NCBI GenBank assembly: GCA_963826715.1
Contig: CAWGYA010000008.1
Coordinates: forward strand, 928,001 to 992,000
Length of the DNA: 64,000 nucleotides
Direction of reading: 5' to 3'
Origin: Candidatus Bathyarchaeota archaeon
GTDB lineage: Archaea > Thermoproteota > Bathyarchaeia > Bathyarchaeales > Bathycorpusculaceae
Shown here: positions 19,361-29,675 of the stretch, piece by piece
Layout of the letters: each line of letters opens with the position of its first letter
Position numbering within the stretch: position 1 is the stretch's first letter
Program-made: the position numbers and the translations under genes
Notes under the pieces: model-generated
What the model saw: the letters and a program-made list of their open reading frames with translations, nothing else
Told to the model about the DNA's origin: nothing
The model's database searches: none

Positions 19361-19968
19361 TTGCGCTGGTTATGGCAGGTGGCAGAGGGACACGGATGAA
19401 GTTGCCCATGGAGAAACCGCTCATACCTGTCTGTGGAAAACCTGTAATTGAATATGTGCTCGCCGCGTTGAGCACTTCCCAAAAAATTGACGACATAATC
19501 GTTGCCACAACTATATCCACACCAAAAACCACCACGCTCATGAAGCAGCTTGGTGTAAAAGTAATAGAAACGCCAGGTATAGATTATGTTTCAGATATGG
19601 GTTTCACGGTTCAGACGCAAAAACTAGGCGTTTTCTTGGCGATAGCTGCTGATTTACCTTTGGTGAAGCCTGAAATGATTGATGCTGTTTTGGAACGTTA
19701 TGAGCGCTGTGGCAAACCCGCTTTGACAGTTGCTGTGCCGTTGGAAACCAAGTCTAAATTGGGCATGTGCATCGAGTACAGTTTTAAAGCTGACGATAAA
19801 GAAGTGGTGCCCGTGGGAATAAACGTTATCGACGGAAGTAAACGCTATGGCGATGAATGGCTTGACCAAGACATATACCTCATGCACGATGAGGAACTAG
19901 CGGTTAACATCAACACGGTCGCGGAGCTTAAGTTAGCTGAAAAGATGATGTCAAAATCAAGCTGCTAA
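19354..19968 (+). CDS. cobY: CobY NTP transferase, copy B
   Basis: MAGGRGTRM..EKPL, TPKT, YVSDM, ADLP, GINVI, NINT. Confidence 0.85.
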   Translation: MVVALVMAGGRGTRMKLPMEKPLIPVCGKPVIEYVLAALSTSQKIDDIIVATTISTPKTTTLMKQLGVKVIETPGIDYVSDMGFTVQTQKLGVFLAIAADLPLVKPEMIDAVLERYERCGKPALTVAVPLETKSKLGMCIEYSFKADDKEVVPVGINVIDGSKRYGDEWLDQDIYLMHDEELAVNINTVAELKLAEKMMSKSSC

Positions 19969-20077
19969 TGGCTTGGAAAATGTCACTATTGTCTTCTTAT
20001 ATCCGGGTTTTGCCTATACCTCAATTGTTCTGAATAAATATGATAAGATAGAAAATATGATGCCCACGATAGAGCGT

Positions 20078-20959
20078 TTAATACTCGTTTTTAATTGCTT
20101 TACTCTCTGCAACCTCTCTGAGTGTCTCCTTCATTCTTCGAGCATCCACGTCTAGAAAAGGCGACTCGCAAATCATAATTGGGTGCATGCCGAAATCAAG
20201 AATCACCTCCGCCAGCAAACGAAACTCTGGACCGAATTCTGGTTCATCGAGGGTGTGATGTTTTTTTTCTCCCTGTAAGGTGTACTCGATTTTTGAGAAG
20301 TGGCAGTGCATGTTCCGAAGTATTTCGGTGCCGAGTTCCCGCTCGACTTTCTCGGCGATAGCTTGCATATCCTCTTTCTTCTTGAATGCCCCCTGATGTA
20401 GCGCATGCAGATGCCCCCAGTCGATAACAAGTTGGGTGTCTTCGACTTGTTTGTTGATAGTTATAATTTCGTCTATGGTGCCGATTTGGAATTTTCTACC
20501 CATGGTTTCAGGTCCAAGCTTGACTTTAAGCCCACGCGCTTTCATTTCCTCACTTACTTCCTTGAGCGCCTCTATACAGGTTTTCAAGGCGTAATCTTTC
20601 TCGAATTTTCCATAGAAGCCCGTATGGAACACCATCACGTAGGCCCCCATCCAGTCGGCGGCGGTAGCGCAGGCTAAGAGCCGCTGTTTGCTGGCTTCTA
20701 CTACCTCGTGTTTGCCTGACAGGTTTACGAAGTAGCTACCATGCATGCTGAGGCGTACATCGTTTTTCTTTGCTTCTTCGCCAAGTTTAACCGCATCCGC
20801 CTGTTTAATCTGAGGTTTAGCTCCCCACCTTACGGCCTGATACTCAAATGCATCTAGTCCTTCCTCATGGAGCAGCCTTGGGGTGTCAAGTGTGGTTGCG
20901 CCTAACAAACGAAACATCGGCGGAACGCCAGCCGGTCCAAAACGAGTACGCTTAGACAT
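20078..20959 (-). CDS. nfo: Endonuclease IV-like AP endonuclease
   Basis: FGPAG, SMHGSYFVNL, VFHTG, GPETMG, IDWGHLH, HCHFS, ICESP. Confidence 0.88.
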   Translation of the reverse strand: MSKRTRFGPAGVPPMFRLLGATTLDTPRLLHEEGLDAFEYQAVRWGAKPQIKQADAVKLGEEAKKNDVRLSMHGSYFVNLSGKHEVVEASKQRLLACATAADWMGAYVMVFHTGFYGKFEKDYALKTCIEALKEVSEEMKARGLKVKLGPETMGRKFQIGTIDEIITINKQVEDTQLVIDWGHLHALHQGAFKKKEDMQAIAEKVERELGTEILRNMHCHFSKIEYTLQGEKKHHTLDEPEFGPEFRLLAEVILDFGMHPIMICESPFLDVDARRMKETLREVAESKAIKNEY

Positions 20960-21005
20960 TAAATCCCTTGTTTTAGGTTGCTTTGTTTACGATTAAGGCT
21001 TTCTC

Positions 21006-21788
21006 TTAAAGTAAGCTAACTATTGTTGGAACATGCACGAAGAGGTATGTGTAGATTACCGTTGTTAAAATCATCCCAGCTATCACCAGTAGTGCATAGT
21101 CACCCCTATGGAGTCGCAGCGCATAGAGGTTGGTGCGTTTTTTGCTTGCCCCCCATGCCCGAGACTCCATCGCCTCTGCCAATTCGAGGCTTCTGCGAAT
21201 AGCACTCACAATCAAAGGAATGAGGACCGGTATGTAGTTGCGAATGCGCTTAAGCAAGCTGCCCTTCTCAAGTTCCAATCCTCGGGCCTTCTGGGCGTCC
21301 ATAATCGTTTGGGCTTCCTCCGCCAAAACCGGCACAAACCGGACAGCCGTGGTGAAGGCGAACGCGAATTCGTAGGGCACCCTTGACTGTTCTAATGCCA
21401 GCCCAAGATGATCCGGGGAAGTTGTGAGGAAGAAGACACTGAAGGATTCTACCAGTACCACAAAGCGTAGCGTCATACCCGCAGCAAATTCAATGTCTGC
21501 CGGTGGTAACGTGTAGCCTTTGGTGAAGAATGTGGTTAGCAAATTGATGCCGAATATGAAAGCAGCTAGAAACGCGGCACCTCTAAGCGACCGCAGCCAC
21601 TGTCGCTGTACGCGCGCCAATAAAACAAATGGCAGCTGAATAATGAAGAGAATTACTAATGGAATAACATGGTTGAACATTATGGCGGCGATGAAGATGA
21701 TGATGACATAGATGAATTTTATGCGGGGGTCAAGGTTGTGTATGGGTGAGGAGACTTTACGGAATTTTAAGCCGTCAAAAACACTCAT
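21006..21788 (-). CDS. ecfT: ECF transporter T component
   Basis: LDPRIK, RFVP, AQKARG, AMESRAW. Confidence 0.92.
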   Translation of the reverse strand: MSVFDGLKFRKVSSPIHNLDPRIKFIYVIIIFIAAIMFNHVIPLVILFIIQLPFVLLARVQRQWLRSLRGAAFLAAFIFGINLLTTFFTKGYTLPPADIEFAAGMTLRFVVLVESFSVFFLTTSPDHLGLALEQSRVPYEFAFAFTTAVRFVPVLAEEAQTIMDAQKARGLELEKGSLLKRIRNYIPVLIPLIVSAIRRSLELAEAMESRAWGASKKRTNLYALRLHRGDYALLVIAGMILTTVIYTYLFVHVPTIVSLL

Positions 21789-22609
21789 TTGCCCCGTCTC
21801 TCCATGGCTTTAAGCAACAATGCTTTTGCTTCATAAATATCGATGACGTCTTTAGGCAACCCCAAAGATGAAAGCAGCGTGAAAACCTGTGCTATCTGAG
21901 GAAGCACAATCGAGGATAACTCTAGCATATTAGGATCGGTTAAGATTTTGCAGCCCAACCCGTCCGCTACAATTTTGCCCTCCTTCATAAGCACAACGCG
22001 GGGATTGCATTCCGCCACAAACTCCACATCATGCGTCACGGTGACAACGGTTTTACCTTGGGTTTGCATCTGAATAATGAACTGTCGGAGTTTCTCTTTC
22101 TGTTCATGATCTTGTCCAATAGTGGGCTCATCTAAAATCAGCGTATTGGGGTCCCACGCCAATACCGATGCCAAAGCCACTCGTTTGCGTTCGCCACCGC
22201 TGAGCAGAAACGGTGAAGTCTTCCGGTACTGGCTTAGTGAGAGTAGATTCAGCGCCCACGTTACCCGCTCCTCGATAATTTTGGATTCGAAACCAAAATT
22301 TTTTAGAGCGAACGAGATTTCTTCCTCTACAGTTTCGCTGAAGAGTTGGTGGTCAGGGTTCTGGAAAACAAAGCCTACGTTGCGCGCTAAGGTTGCAACG
22401 CTGGATTTGGTGGTTTCCACTCCATTAATTTTAACCTTACCCTGTGACGGCTTAAGTAATCCATTGAAATGCTTGACGAAGGTAGATTTGCCTGCGCCAT
22501 TCTCCCCCATTATAGCAACGAATTCCCCGTCTTTAATTTTGAGTGAGACACCTTTTAGGGCTTCGATTTTGTTCGGGTAGCTGTAATGGATGTTTTCAGC
22601 TTCAATCAT
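21785..22609 (-). CDS. ecfA: ECF transporter ATPase
   Basis: GENGAGKST, FQNPDHQ, LSGGERKR, LDEPT. Confidence 0.92.
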   Translation of the reverse strand: MIEAENIHYSYPNKIEALKGVSLKIKDGEFVAIMGENGAGKSTFVKHFNGLLKPSQGKVKINGVETTKSSVATLARNVGFVFQNPDHQLFSETVEEEISFALKNFGFESKIIEERVTWALNLLSLSQYRKTSPFLLSGGERKRVALASVLAWDPNTLILDEPTIGQDHEQKEKLRQFIIQMQTQGKTVVTVTHDVEFVAECNPRVVLMKEGKIVADGLGCKILTDPNMLELSSIVLPQIAQVFTLLSSLGLPKDVIDIYEAKALLLKAMERRGK

Positions 22610-23457
22610 TTGAGGGTTAGCGCCTCCAATAGTTGATCAGCCAATTCCTCGCTAGATAGAGGTGTTCGCTCACCGAGGTTCCAACCCTCCTTTTTGAGCA
22701 TCTGAAAGAGTAGGGTAGGTTTGGGGATACCAACTCCAATTAATCTTGTTTCTTCATTGTTCAATATTTGCCTTGGGTCGCCTTCAAAACGCACCATACC
22801 CTGATCCATGACAATGAGGTGATTGGTGTACTTCGCCGTCAAGTCAAGTCGATGCTCCACCAAAATCACAGTTATACCATGTTCTTTGTTGAGTTTGTGG
22901 ATGACTTCAAAAATCCTTTCGGCGCTAAGTGGATCCAGAAAAGAGGTAGGTTCATCAAGTACTATGATTTCGGGTTCCATTGCCAACACCGCTGCAATCG
23001 CTACGCGTTGCTGTTGCCCTCCGCTGATTTCATGAGGTGAACGCTCACGAATGTCGTAAATGCCTGTTTGCTTTAGTGCCCAATCAACTTTCTTACGCAT
23101 CTCAGCTCTGGGGGTGCTGACGTTTTCTAAACCAAATGCCACATCCTTCTCAATGGAGAGCGCGAAAAGCTGATTTTCAGGGTTCTGGAACACAAGCCCG
23201 ACATGCTTTGCCATCTCGTAGGTGTGGTTGTCGAGGGTGTTTATGCCCGCAACTTTGATTTCACCTTTGATTTCACCCTGGTAAAAATGTGGTACCAATC
23301 CGTTGAATGTTCGGCACAAAGTGGTTTTTCCACAGCCGCTTGGACCAGTGATGAGCACAAACTCCCCCTTCTCTACCTTAATGGACACATTAGAAATTGA
23401 TGGTTTGGATGCGCCAGGGTAGGTGTAAGTGAGGTTTTTGGTTTCAATTATAGCCAT
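22606..23457 (-). CDS. ecfA: ECF transporter ATPase
   Basis: GPSGCGKTT, FQNPENQ, SGGQQQR, LDEPT. Confidence 0.92.
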   Translation of the reverse strand: MAIIETKNLTYTYPGASKPSISNVSIKVEKGEFVLITGPSGCGKTTLCRTFNGLVPHFYQGEIKGEIKVAGINTLDNHTYEMAKHVGLVFQNPENQLFALSIEKDVAFGLENVSTPRAEMRKKVDWALKQTGIYDIRERSPHEISGGQQQRVAIAAVLAMEPEIIVLDEPTSFLDPLSAERIFEVIHKLNKEHGITVILVEHRLDLTAKYTNHLIVMDQGMVRFEGDPRQILNNEETRLIGVGIPKPTLLFQMLKKEGWNLGERTPLSSEELADQLLEALTLK

Positions 23458-23508
23458 GATTTTGAGCCCACTCACCTTAAGCGTTACGGTTTGCTCATTT
23501 AAGCGTAG

Positions 23509-24504
23509 CTACTCAGTTTTGATTATTTTCTGTCTCAAAAGTTTAAGGCACATTTTGAGTGCATCTTGTATTTCGCCTTTGCCGCTTACCCCTGCTGCCA
23601 TCGCATGACCGCCCCCGACTCCTTGTAGATACTCTCCAAGTGGGGTAGCGACATCCACACCGAGGTGTACACCCGTTCCCTCATTAAACTGCCTTATGCT
23701 TCGCAAACTAATCTCAACCTTCCCGTTTTTCTTACCTGCCACTGCCGACATATGTGCCCCCAAATCCACTAACGCTTTAGCTGCAGGCGCCTGATAAGCA
23801 CTAACGTGAGACAGTGCAATTATCCAACCTTCCAGTTTCATAATTTTTGCACGTTTGCACGCTTTAAGCTTGGCTACACGCTCTGATAGGTCAATAGGTA
23901 AAGCGAACTGGGCGAGCGTTTGCTGCGCATCGATGCCTTCCACAACCAGCTTAGCTATGATCTCAAAAGTGGGAGAGTTCGCTAAAGCGAAATGTCGCGT
24001 ATCAAAAGCGATGCCTACGAAGAGTGCTTTGGCTTCGTTGAGGGTGGGTTTTACGTCGGCCTCCGCAAATAGGCGATAGATAAGTTCGCAGTTCGCCGCC
24101 GCTTTTTCATCGACGAGGCAAAACTCGCAGATTTGCATTGTTTCACGATTTGGGGCATGATGGTCAATTATGAATTTTGGGGCAGGAGACCTCTTTATGA
24201 CATCGGCTACTTCATCTAGCTGTTCGATAGTGTTCATGTCAAGAAGAATGATGACTTCGGCGGATTCTATGTTTGGTTTGAGGTTCACGGCTATTGGCAT
24301 GTTCTCCAAGAGAGCCTTCGAGGGTTTGTTGATCCCCTGCGGGCAACCAATCTCAACAACAATGTTAGGTAGAAACCGCTTAAGCAGCCCCTGCAAACCA
24401 TACGCTGAGCAAATTGCATCTGCGTCAGCACTGCGATGACAAAGCAAAAGTACAAAACCTGCCTGCCGCTGCTCAATATTCTGGATTAATTCTTTAAAGC
24501 TCAT
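23509..24504 (-). CDS. DHH/DHHA1 phosphoesterase
   Basis: CH..ADADA, LLD, IIDHH, GGGHAMAAG. Confidence 0.9.
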   Translation of the reverse strand: MSFKELIQNIEQRQAGFVLLLCHRSADADAICSAYGLQGLLKRFLPNIVVEIGCPQGINKPSKALLENMPIAVNLKPNIESAEVIILLDMNTIEQLDEVADVIKRSPAPKFIIDHHAPNRETMQICEFCLVDEKAAANCELIYRLFAEADVKPTLNEAKALFVGIAFDTRHFALANSPTFEIIAKLVVEGIDAQQTLAQFALPIDLSERVAKLKACKRAKIMKLEGWIIALSHVSAYQAPAAKALVDLGAHMSAVAGKKNGKVEISLRSIRQFNEGTGVHLGVDVATPLGEYLQGVGGGHAMAAGVSGKGEIQDALKMCLKLLRQKIIKTE

Positions 24505-24791
24505 TTTATCTTTCTCAAAAAACTTTCAATTGCACGGTGAGCAGCATCCACAGCTTCCTTAACCAATATTTCCACTTTAACATCGTTTTCTGCTTTTGTG
24601 AGCTGAAGATTGATTTCAACGGTGACATTAACGGGTTTGGCACCATCGGCTTCAATGCTGATGTCTAATTGCTCGATGTTTTTGTTTGAGACCTTCGACA
24701 GTATGTATTTTTGAGCTTCAGCTTCAGCAGTTTGACATAAAAGTTCGATTTGCTCGGTGGTTAGCTCAGGAAAACCCAGCTCAACCATCAA
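24501..24791 (-). CDS. DUF3194-family protein
   Basis: LTTEQIE.LC..AE..A..YILSKV; typical position after prefoldin beta. Confidence 0.7.
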   Translation of the reverse strand: MMVELGFPELTTEQIELLCQTAEAEAQKYILSKVSNKNIEQLDISIEADGAKPVNVTVEINLQLTKAENDVKVEILVKEAVDAAHRAIESFLRKIK

Positions 24792-24805
24792 GCATACACT
24801 CTATT

Positions 24806-25180
24806 TTAAGAAAGGGATTGACCTGAAACTGGGCTGAGGTCTTCCTGAAGTTTAGTTTGAGCTTCCTTTACTTGACTTCGTATGCGTTCTTCTTGGCGTG
24901 CAATAACTGTGCTGCGAGTGCCCAAAAGCTCTTTACGCTCAGTCAAATCCTCAGAAACCTTGACCTTATCAGCTTTTACAAGAAGTGAGCCCACTGCTTT
25001 GTAGATAACTGCGTCAGAGGTAGTTTTTTCGAGTTCAGCTAAGGTTTGCTCTACTTCATTTTTCTCCATTTCAACCTGCTGTTTTTGTGCTAGAATTGAC
25101 TGCAGGGTTTGCTGTAGCTGCTGGAGTCTTAGAAGCCTTTCTTGAACGTTAGGCGGTAACTTGGATATATCATCACTCAA
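24806..25180 (-). CDS. pfdB: Prefoldin beta subunit
   Basis: LPPNVQ..L..LQQLQQ coiled coil and IYKAVGSLLVK. TTG 25180 is the likely start. Confidence 0.93.
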   Translation of the reverse strand: MSDDISKLPPNVQERLLRLQQLQQTLQSILAQKQQVEMEKNEVEQTLAELEKTTSDAVIYKAVGSLLVKADKVKVSEDLTERKELLGTRSTVIARQEERIRSQVKEAQTKLQEDLSPVSGQSLS

Positions 25181-25697
25181 TTTTATTCCTTCCAGCACAG
25201 AAATGAGATGCTCCCTATATTAAGTATTTCCGACTCCTGCATCTTATAAAGCAAGAAATAAACCCGATGAATCTCATAAGTAGACATCTTCATACTTGAA
25301 TTTGGTTTAGATGTAAACTGGTTTCTCAAAATTATTAACAAATTAACGAAATTTTAAGCAAGCTTCTCCATGATCTTATACGTCAAGATTTCTCATCCGG
25401 GAAAACTCTAAATGACGTCGTTTGTGTTTGCTATAATTCACTCATATTTTTGGATCAAAACCAGTCCTTTAAGGTAGGCTTAACTCGATTGATCTTTATA
25501 CTTGACATCTCAGGCAAAAAATGTCCTTTCACCAGGGAGGTTACCTAAAACTCTCCTTCTCTTAATTTTTATATCTGATTCGGTTTTGCCCAAATTAAAC
25601 GTTTTTTTTGAAAGCAAGTATACTGAAAAACTACTTGTTCTTGTATGAAGTCTTTTTAAGTAGTTGCCGCATAACCAAAAGCCAGAGGGAGAAGCAT

Positions 25698-26075
25698 TTG
25701 GAACGTGCTAATATCGTCAAAGAGGAAATTCAGCAGCAGGACACACGCTTTCTTGCTGTTTATGTGGAGTCCAAAAACAGCGTTATGATTATGCTAAGCG
25801 AAAAGGAAGACAAACTAGGCACTTTAGCAATCGCTGTTCCCAAACCTAGGGATACTATGGGTCAAGTTACCTCTTCAGTGTTGCTGGGCGATAAAAATAT
25901 TATTTCTGCTCGTATGTTCTCAGAGTACGTGGCAACAAAAAAAGGCAAAATAGCTATTGTCTCTGTTTACCTTGATCGTATCAACGAAATTCAATCACAG
26001 GAGTTCTTCATGCACTTAATAGATAAGGTGCTAAAGGGCGACAGCAATAGTCAAAAAGAATCTACACCAATCTAA
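25698..26075 (+). CDS. Proteasome assembly chaperone 4 (PAC4/PSMG4)-like protein
   Basis: LGTLAIAVP...TSSVLLG...SARMFSEYVA.K.GKIAIVSVYL matches the PAC4 pattern LGxLAVAMP..STxLLG..LAxRLAxK.G..VFVS. Confidence 0.6.
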   Translation: MERANIVKEEIQQQDTRFLAVYVESKNSVMIMLSEKEDKLGTLAIAVPKPRDTMGQVTSSVLLGDKNIISARMFSEYVATKKGKIAIVSVYLDRINEIQSQEFFMHLIDKVLKGDSNSQKESTPI

Positions 26076-26515
26076 TTTTTATTCTTGAAACCCTCAAATA
26101 CGCTTCTCAGATTATAACTGCTAACTTCAAAGCGATTTTCTCCATTTTATATGATGTTGCCCAATCGTATTGACCAGAAATCTCCAATTGTCTGCTGGAA
26201 AGAAACCTACAATTCAAGAGCTCCAGGGGAATAAACTCAGCGGTTGAGTTCTATGACTATGCGAATAAGTCTTTTTAGTAGCGGTTATGACATACAAAAC
26301 CTAGGAAACGTTACTCTTTCCGTATTTCTGCAACATCAAATATCAATGTAGAGGTAAAGGTGAAAAAAAATTTGCTTCCCGTAATATTTAGCGAAAACAC
26401 CCGGGAACAAGAGACATGAGGAAATCAAATTCTACCAAAAACACCTTTTATTAATAGGGAAGAAACAAATATCGGTAAATACATCTCAGTGGTTGCTAAA
26501 AAGTAGGCGTTCCAA

Positions 26516-27571
26516 CTGCATACCCTCCTCCTAAAAGTTGATTCAGAAAATCCTGAGTCAAATATTATCGAAAAGGCAGCAGAAATAATTAGGAATGGTG
26601 GGTTAGTTGCGTTTCCTACTGAGACTGTTTACGGTTTGGGCGCAAATGCGCTTGAAGGAGACGCCGTTTTACGACTCTTTGACGCGAAGCGACGTCCTTT
26701 GGATAATCCTCCTATTGTTCATATAGCCCATGTCGTTGATGTTTTACCGTTGGTTCTGGAGGTGCCCAAAAAGGCTGAATTGCTTATGCGTCGGTTTTGG
26801 CCAGGTCCACTGACACTTGTGTTTAAGCATTCTGCACAGGTGCCAGATGTAACCGTTGCGGGCTTAGACACAATAGCAGTTCGTATGCCTAAACATCCAG
26901 TCACGCTTGCCTTGATTAAAGAAAGTGGGTGTCCAATCGCCGCGCCCAGCGCGAATCTTGCAGGTAAACCAAGTCCAACAACTGCGACTCACGTTTTTGA
27001 GGATCTTAACGGTCGTATAGACGCCATCATAGACGGTGGAAATACCGAAATTGGGGTAGAATCCACAGTTGTAGACCTCAGCTCTGACCCACCAATGTTG
27101 TTACGCCCTGGCGGGACATCCTTCGAAGCTTTACGGAAGGTGCTCCCTGAGTTGCAGCTGCATCCGTTCGTTGAGGCGGAAGCAGAGTTGCCGCTGGAAA
27201 AAAACCGTTCACCAGGCATGAAACATAAGCATTATGCTCCGAAAGCCCAAGTGGTTTTGGTGGGGGGTAATTTGGAGGCGATGGTTAAAAAAATTACGGA
27301 ATTATCCGAATCGTACAGATGTAAAGGCACCAAAGTAGGCGTTCTCGCTACCGACGAAACCCTGTCTTCACATAAAGCCGACATTGTTAAGTCAATGGGC
27401 AGCAGACATAACCTCGCATCAGTAGCGCAGAACCTGTTTCGTTTACTGCGTGAAATTGATGTAGCGGGCGTTGATATTATCATCGCTGAAAGTGTGCCTT
27501 TAGATGGTTTAGGTTTAGCGATAGTGAATCGACTTCGCAAAGCCTCGGGCTACAATATAATTAAAGCTTAG
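26516..27571 (+). CDS. sua5: Threonylcarbamoyl-AMP synthase Sua5 (probable CTG start)
   Basis: The conserved N-terminus TLLLKVD..P..I.KAAEIIRNGGLVAFPTETVYGLG lies upstream of the ORF-track start. Also K.RP.DNP.IVH, APSAN, SPGMKHKHYAP. Confidence 0.93.
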   Translation: MHTLLLKVDSENPESNIIEKAAEIIRNGGLVAFPTETVYGLGANALEGDAVLRLFDAKRRPLDNPPIVHIAHVVDVLPLVLEVPKKAELLMRRFWPGPLTLVFKHSAQVPDVTVAGLDTIAVRMPKHPVTLALIKESGCPIAAPSANLAGKPSPTTATHVFEDLNGRIDAIIDGGNTEIGVESTVVDLSSDPPMLLRPGGTSFEALRKVLPELQLHPFVEAEAELPLEKNRSPGMKHKHYAPKAQVVLVGGNLEAMVKKITELSESYRCKGTKVGVLATDETLSSHKADIVKSMGSRHNLASVAQNLFRLLREIDVAGVDIIIAESVPLDGLGLAIVNRLRKASGYNIIKA

Positions 27572-27863
27572 TTTACTTCCGAGAGAAGTCAGAATTCTCT
27601 CATTCATTAATTAGCTATCATCAAAGTTTCAGCTGCACGAAATAATGCTTTTGGCATCAGAAAAGACGCCCAATAGACAATCTCAGCACCATTGAATAAG
27701 ACTAGAAAGATAGAAGTTTGAAATCAAGGCAAGTTCTTTTTTCCATTGAATGTGTTGGTCTAAGTATGTTTTTATTGTAAAGATGCTTAGAAAAATTTAT
27801 ATTCGAAGTCTTGATTGTTCAATTCCAGTTTATACTTAAAAATCTGGAATATTGGTGAAAATT

Positions 27864-29537
27864 ATGTCTCAAGGTGGAGGAAACATCCCCGTTCTAGTAC
27901 TAAAAGAAGGTACAGGTAGAAGTACTGGCCGCGAAGCTCTAAAAAACAACATCATGGCTGCGAAAATCGTTGCTGAATCCGTGAAATCAACGCTTGGTCC
28001 ATGTGGTATGGATAAGATGCTGGTCAATAGCATGGGTGACGTTGCTATAACCAACGACGGTGCAACCATCATGAAAGAACTTGATGTACAGCATCCAGCA
28101 GCAAAGATGCTAGTGGAAGTTGCTAAGGCACAGGATAATGAAGTCGGCGATGGAACGACAACTGCAGTTATTTTGGCAGGTGAACTTCTGGCAAAAGCCG
28201 AAGGGTTACTTGACAAAAACGTTCACCCGACCGTTATAATAGAAGGCTACAAGAAAGCAAGTGAAGAAGCCCAGAAAATCTTGCAGACAATCGCTTTGCC
28301 AGTTGCATTCGAAGATGACAAAGCCCTACAGGAAGTCGCAATGACCTCTATCTCAAGCAAAAGCATCAATGTAGCCGAAGATCACTTTGCAAAAATTATA
28401 GTGGATTCCGTAAAGCAGGTTTCTGAGAAAGTTGAAGGGAAATACATCGCAGACATTGACTTAATTAAAATCGTTAAAAAACATGGTCAAAGCCTTGATG
28501 AAACTGAACTGGTCAAAGGCATGGTTATCGACAAAGAAGTCGCTAGCTCCGGCATGCCAAAACTCGTTGATGGAGCAAAAATCGCGCTTCTCAATGCCAA
28601 ACTGGAAATCGAGAAAACCGAGTTCGACGCCAAAATTAACATCGAAAGTCCAGACCAGATGAAAATGTTCCTCGACGAAGAAGAACGTATGCTAAAAGAT
28701 ATGGTTACCTCAATTACCAAGTCAGGTGCTAACGTGGTCTTCTGCGAAAAAGGCATCGACGATATGGCACTTCATTTCCTCGGCAAAGCTGGTGTACTCG
28801 CAGTGAAAAGCGTAAGCAGTAGCGATATGGAGAAACTCTCCAAAGCCACAGGTGCCATGATAGTCGCAAGCGTTAAGGAACTTCATGCAGATGCACTGGG
28901 AAAAGCAAAGCGTGTTGAAGAAGTTAAAATTGGTGATGATAAACTCATCTACATACGTGACTGCAAAAACCCGAAAGCAGTAACTATTGTTATCCGTGGC
29001 GCATCAAACCATGTTATCGACGAGGCAGAACGTAGTCTACATGACGGCTTATGTGTCGTTCGCAACGTCATTGAAGATGGCAAAATCGTTGCAGGTGGCG
29101 GCTCGCCTGAAGCTGAACTCTCAAAGAAGCTCCGCGCCTTCGCGGTTAAAGTCGGAGGACGTGAACAACTGGCAGTTGAAGCCTTTGCAGAAGCAGTTGA
29201 AGAGATCCCGCTAACCCTTGCTGAGAATGCTGGTCTTGACCCCATAGACATCATGGTTGCACTCCGCGCCCAGCATGAGAAAGCAGGCAGTACAACCTTC
29301 GGCATAGACGTTAGCACAGGCAAAATCGTTGACATGTGCCCCAAAAAGATCGTTGAACCACTTCGTGTGAAACTGCAAGTTATAAAATCAGCTACAGAAG
29401 CCACCAATATGATTCTGAAAATTGATGACCTGATAAGCATCAAAGGCGGCAGTAAAATGCCTCCAATGCCCCCAGGAGGAATGGGCGGAATGGGAGGTAT
29501 GGGTGGCATGGGCGGTATGGGCGGAATGCCTTACTAA
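27864..29537 (+). CDS. ths: Thermosome (group II chaperonin) subunit
   Basis: [28 protein letters not shown] and a GGM tail. Confidence 0.97.
   Translation: MSQGGGNIPVLVLKEGTGRSTGREALKNNIMAAKIVAESVKSTLGPCGMDKMLVNSMGDVAITNDGATIMKELDVQHPAAKMLVEVAKAQDNEVGDGTTTAVILAGELLAKAEGLLDKNVHPTVIIEGYKKASEEAQKILQTIALPVAFEDDKALQEVAMTSISSKSINVAEDHFAKIIVDSVKQVSEKVEGKYIADIDLIKIVKKHGQSLDETELVKGMVIDKEVASSGMPKLVDGAKIALLNAKLEIEKTEFDAKINIESPDQMKMFLDEEERMLKDMVTSITKSGANVVFCEKGIDDMALHFLGKAGVLAVKSVSSSDMEKLSKATGAMIVASVKELHADALGKAKRVEEVKIGDDKLIYIRDCKNPKAVTIVIRGASNHVIDEAERSLHDGLCVVRNVIEDGKIVAGGGSPEAELSKKLRAFAVKVGGREQLAVEAFAEAVEEIPLTLAENAGLDPIDIMVALRAQHEKAGSTTFGIDVSTGKIVDMCPKKIVEPLRVKLQVIKSATEATNMILKIDDLISIKGGSKMPPMPPGGMGGMGGMGGMGGMGGMPY
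29475..29528 (+). repeat. 9-bp coding tandem repeat (GGM)n in the chaperonin tail
   Basis: GGAGGAATG GGCGGAATG GGAGGTATG GGTGGCATG GGCGGTATG GGCGGAATG. Confidence 0.9.
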
Positions 29538-29547
29538 GCCACCAAAA

Positions 29548-29572
29548 TTTCTTTTATTTATTTTTGTTTTTA
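29548..29572 (+). terminator. Oligo-T archaeal terminator
   Basis: TTTCTTTTATTTTATTTTTGTTTTT right after the thermosome stop. Confidence 0.6.
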
Positions 29573-29675
29573 GAATTGGAATTCAACGCTAAGACCTTCT
29601 TTTTTCAAAGTCGTTATAGCCGTAAACTTATATTCTCACATAGCGACAATATTGGGTATCTCCGAGGCATCTGTT

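Noticed and set aside
21006-23457. ECF module as a B12 importer for the neighbouring cob cluster
   Set aside because: No S component is adjacent, so the substrate cannot be inferred. It looks like a shared ECF energiser.
28949-29509. Long antisense ORFs (for example 28949-29509, 56587-57177, 22122-22580)
   Set aside because: Shadow ORFs opposite well-conserved genes.
29475-29528. Tandem 9-bp repeats
   Set aside because: Ordinary chaperonin GGM tail; not CRISPR or a contingency locus.
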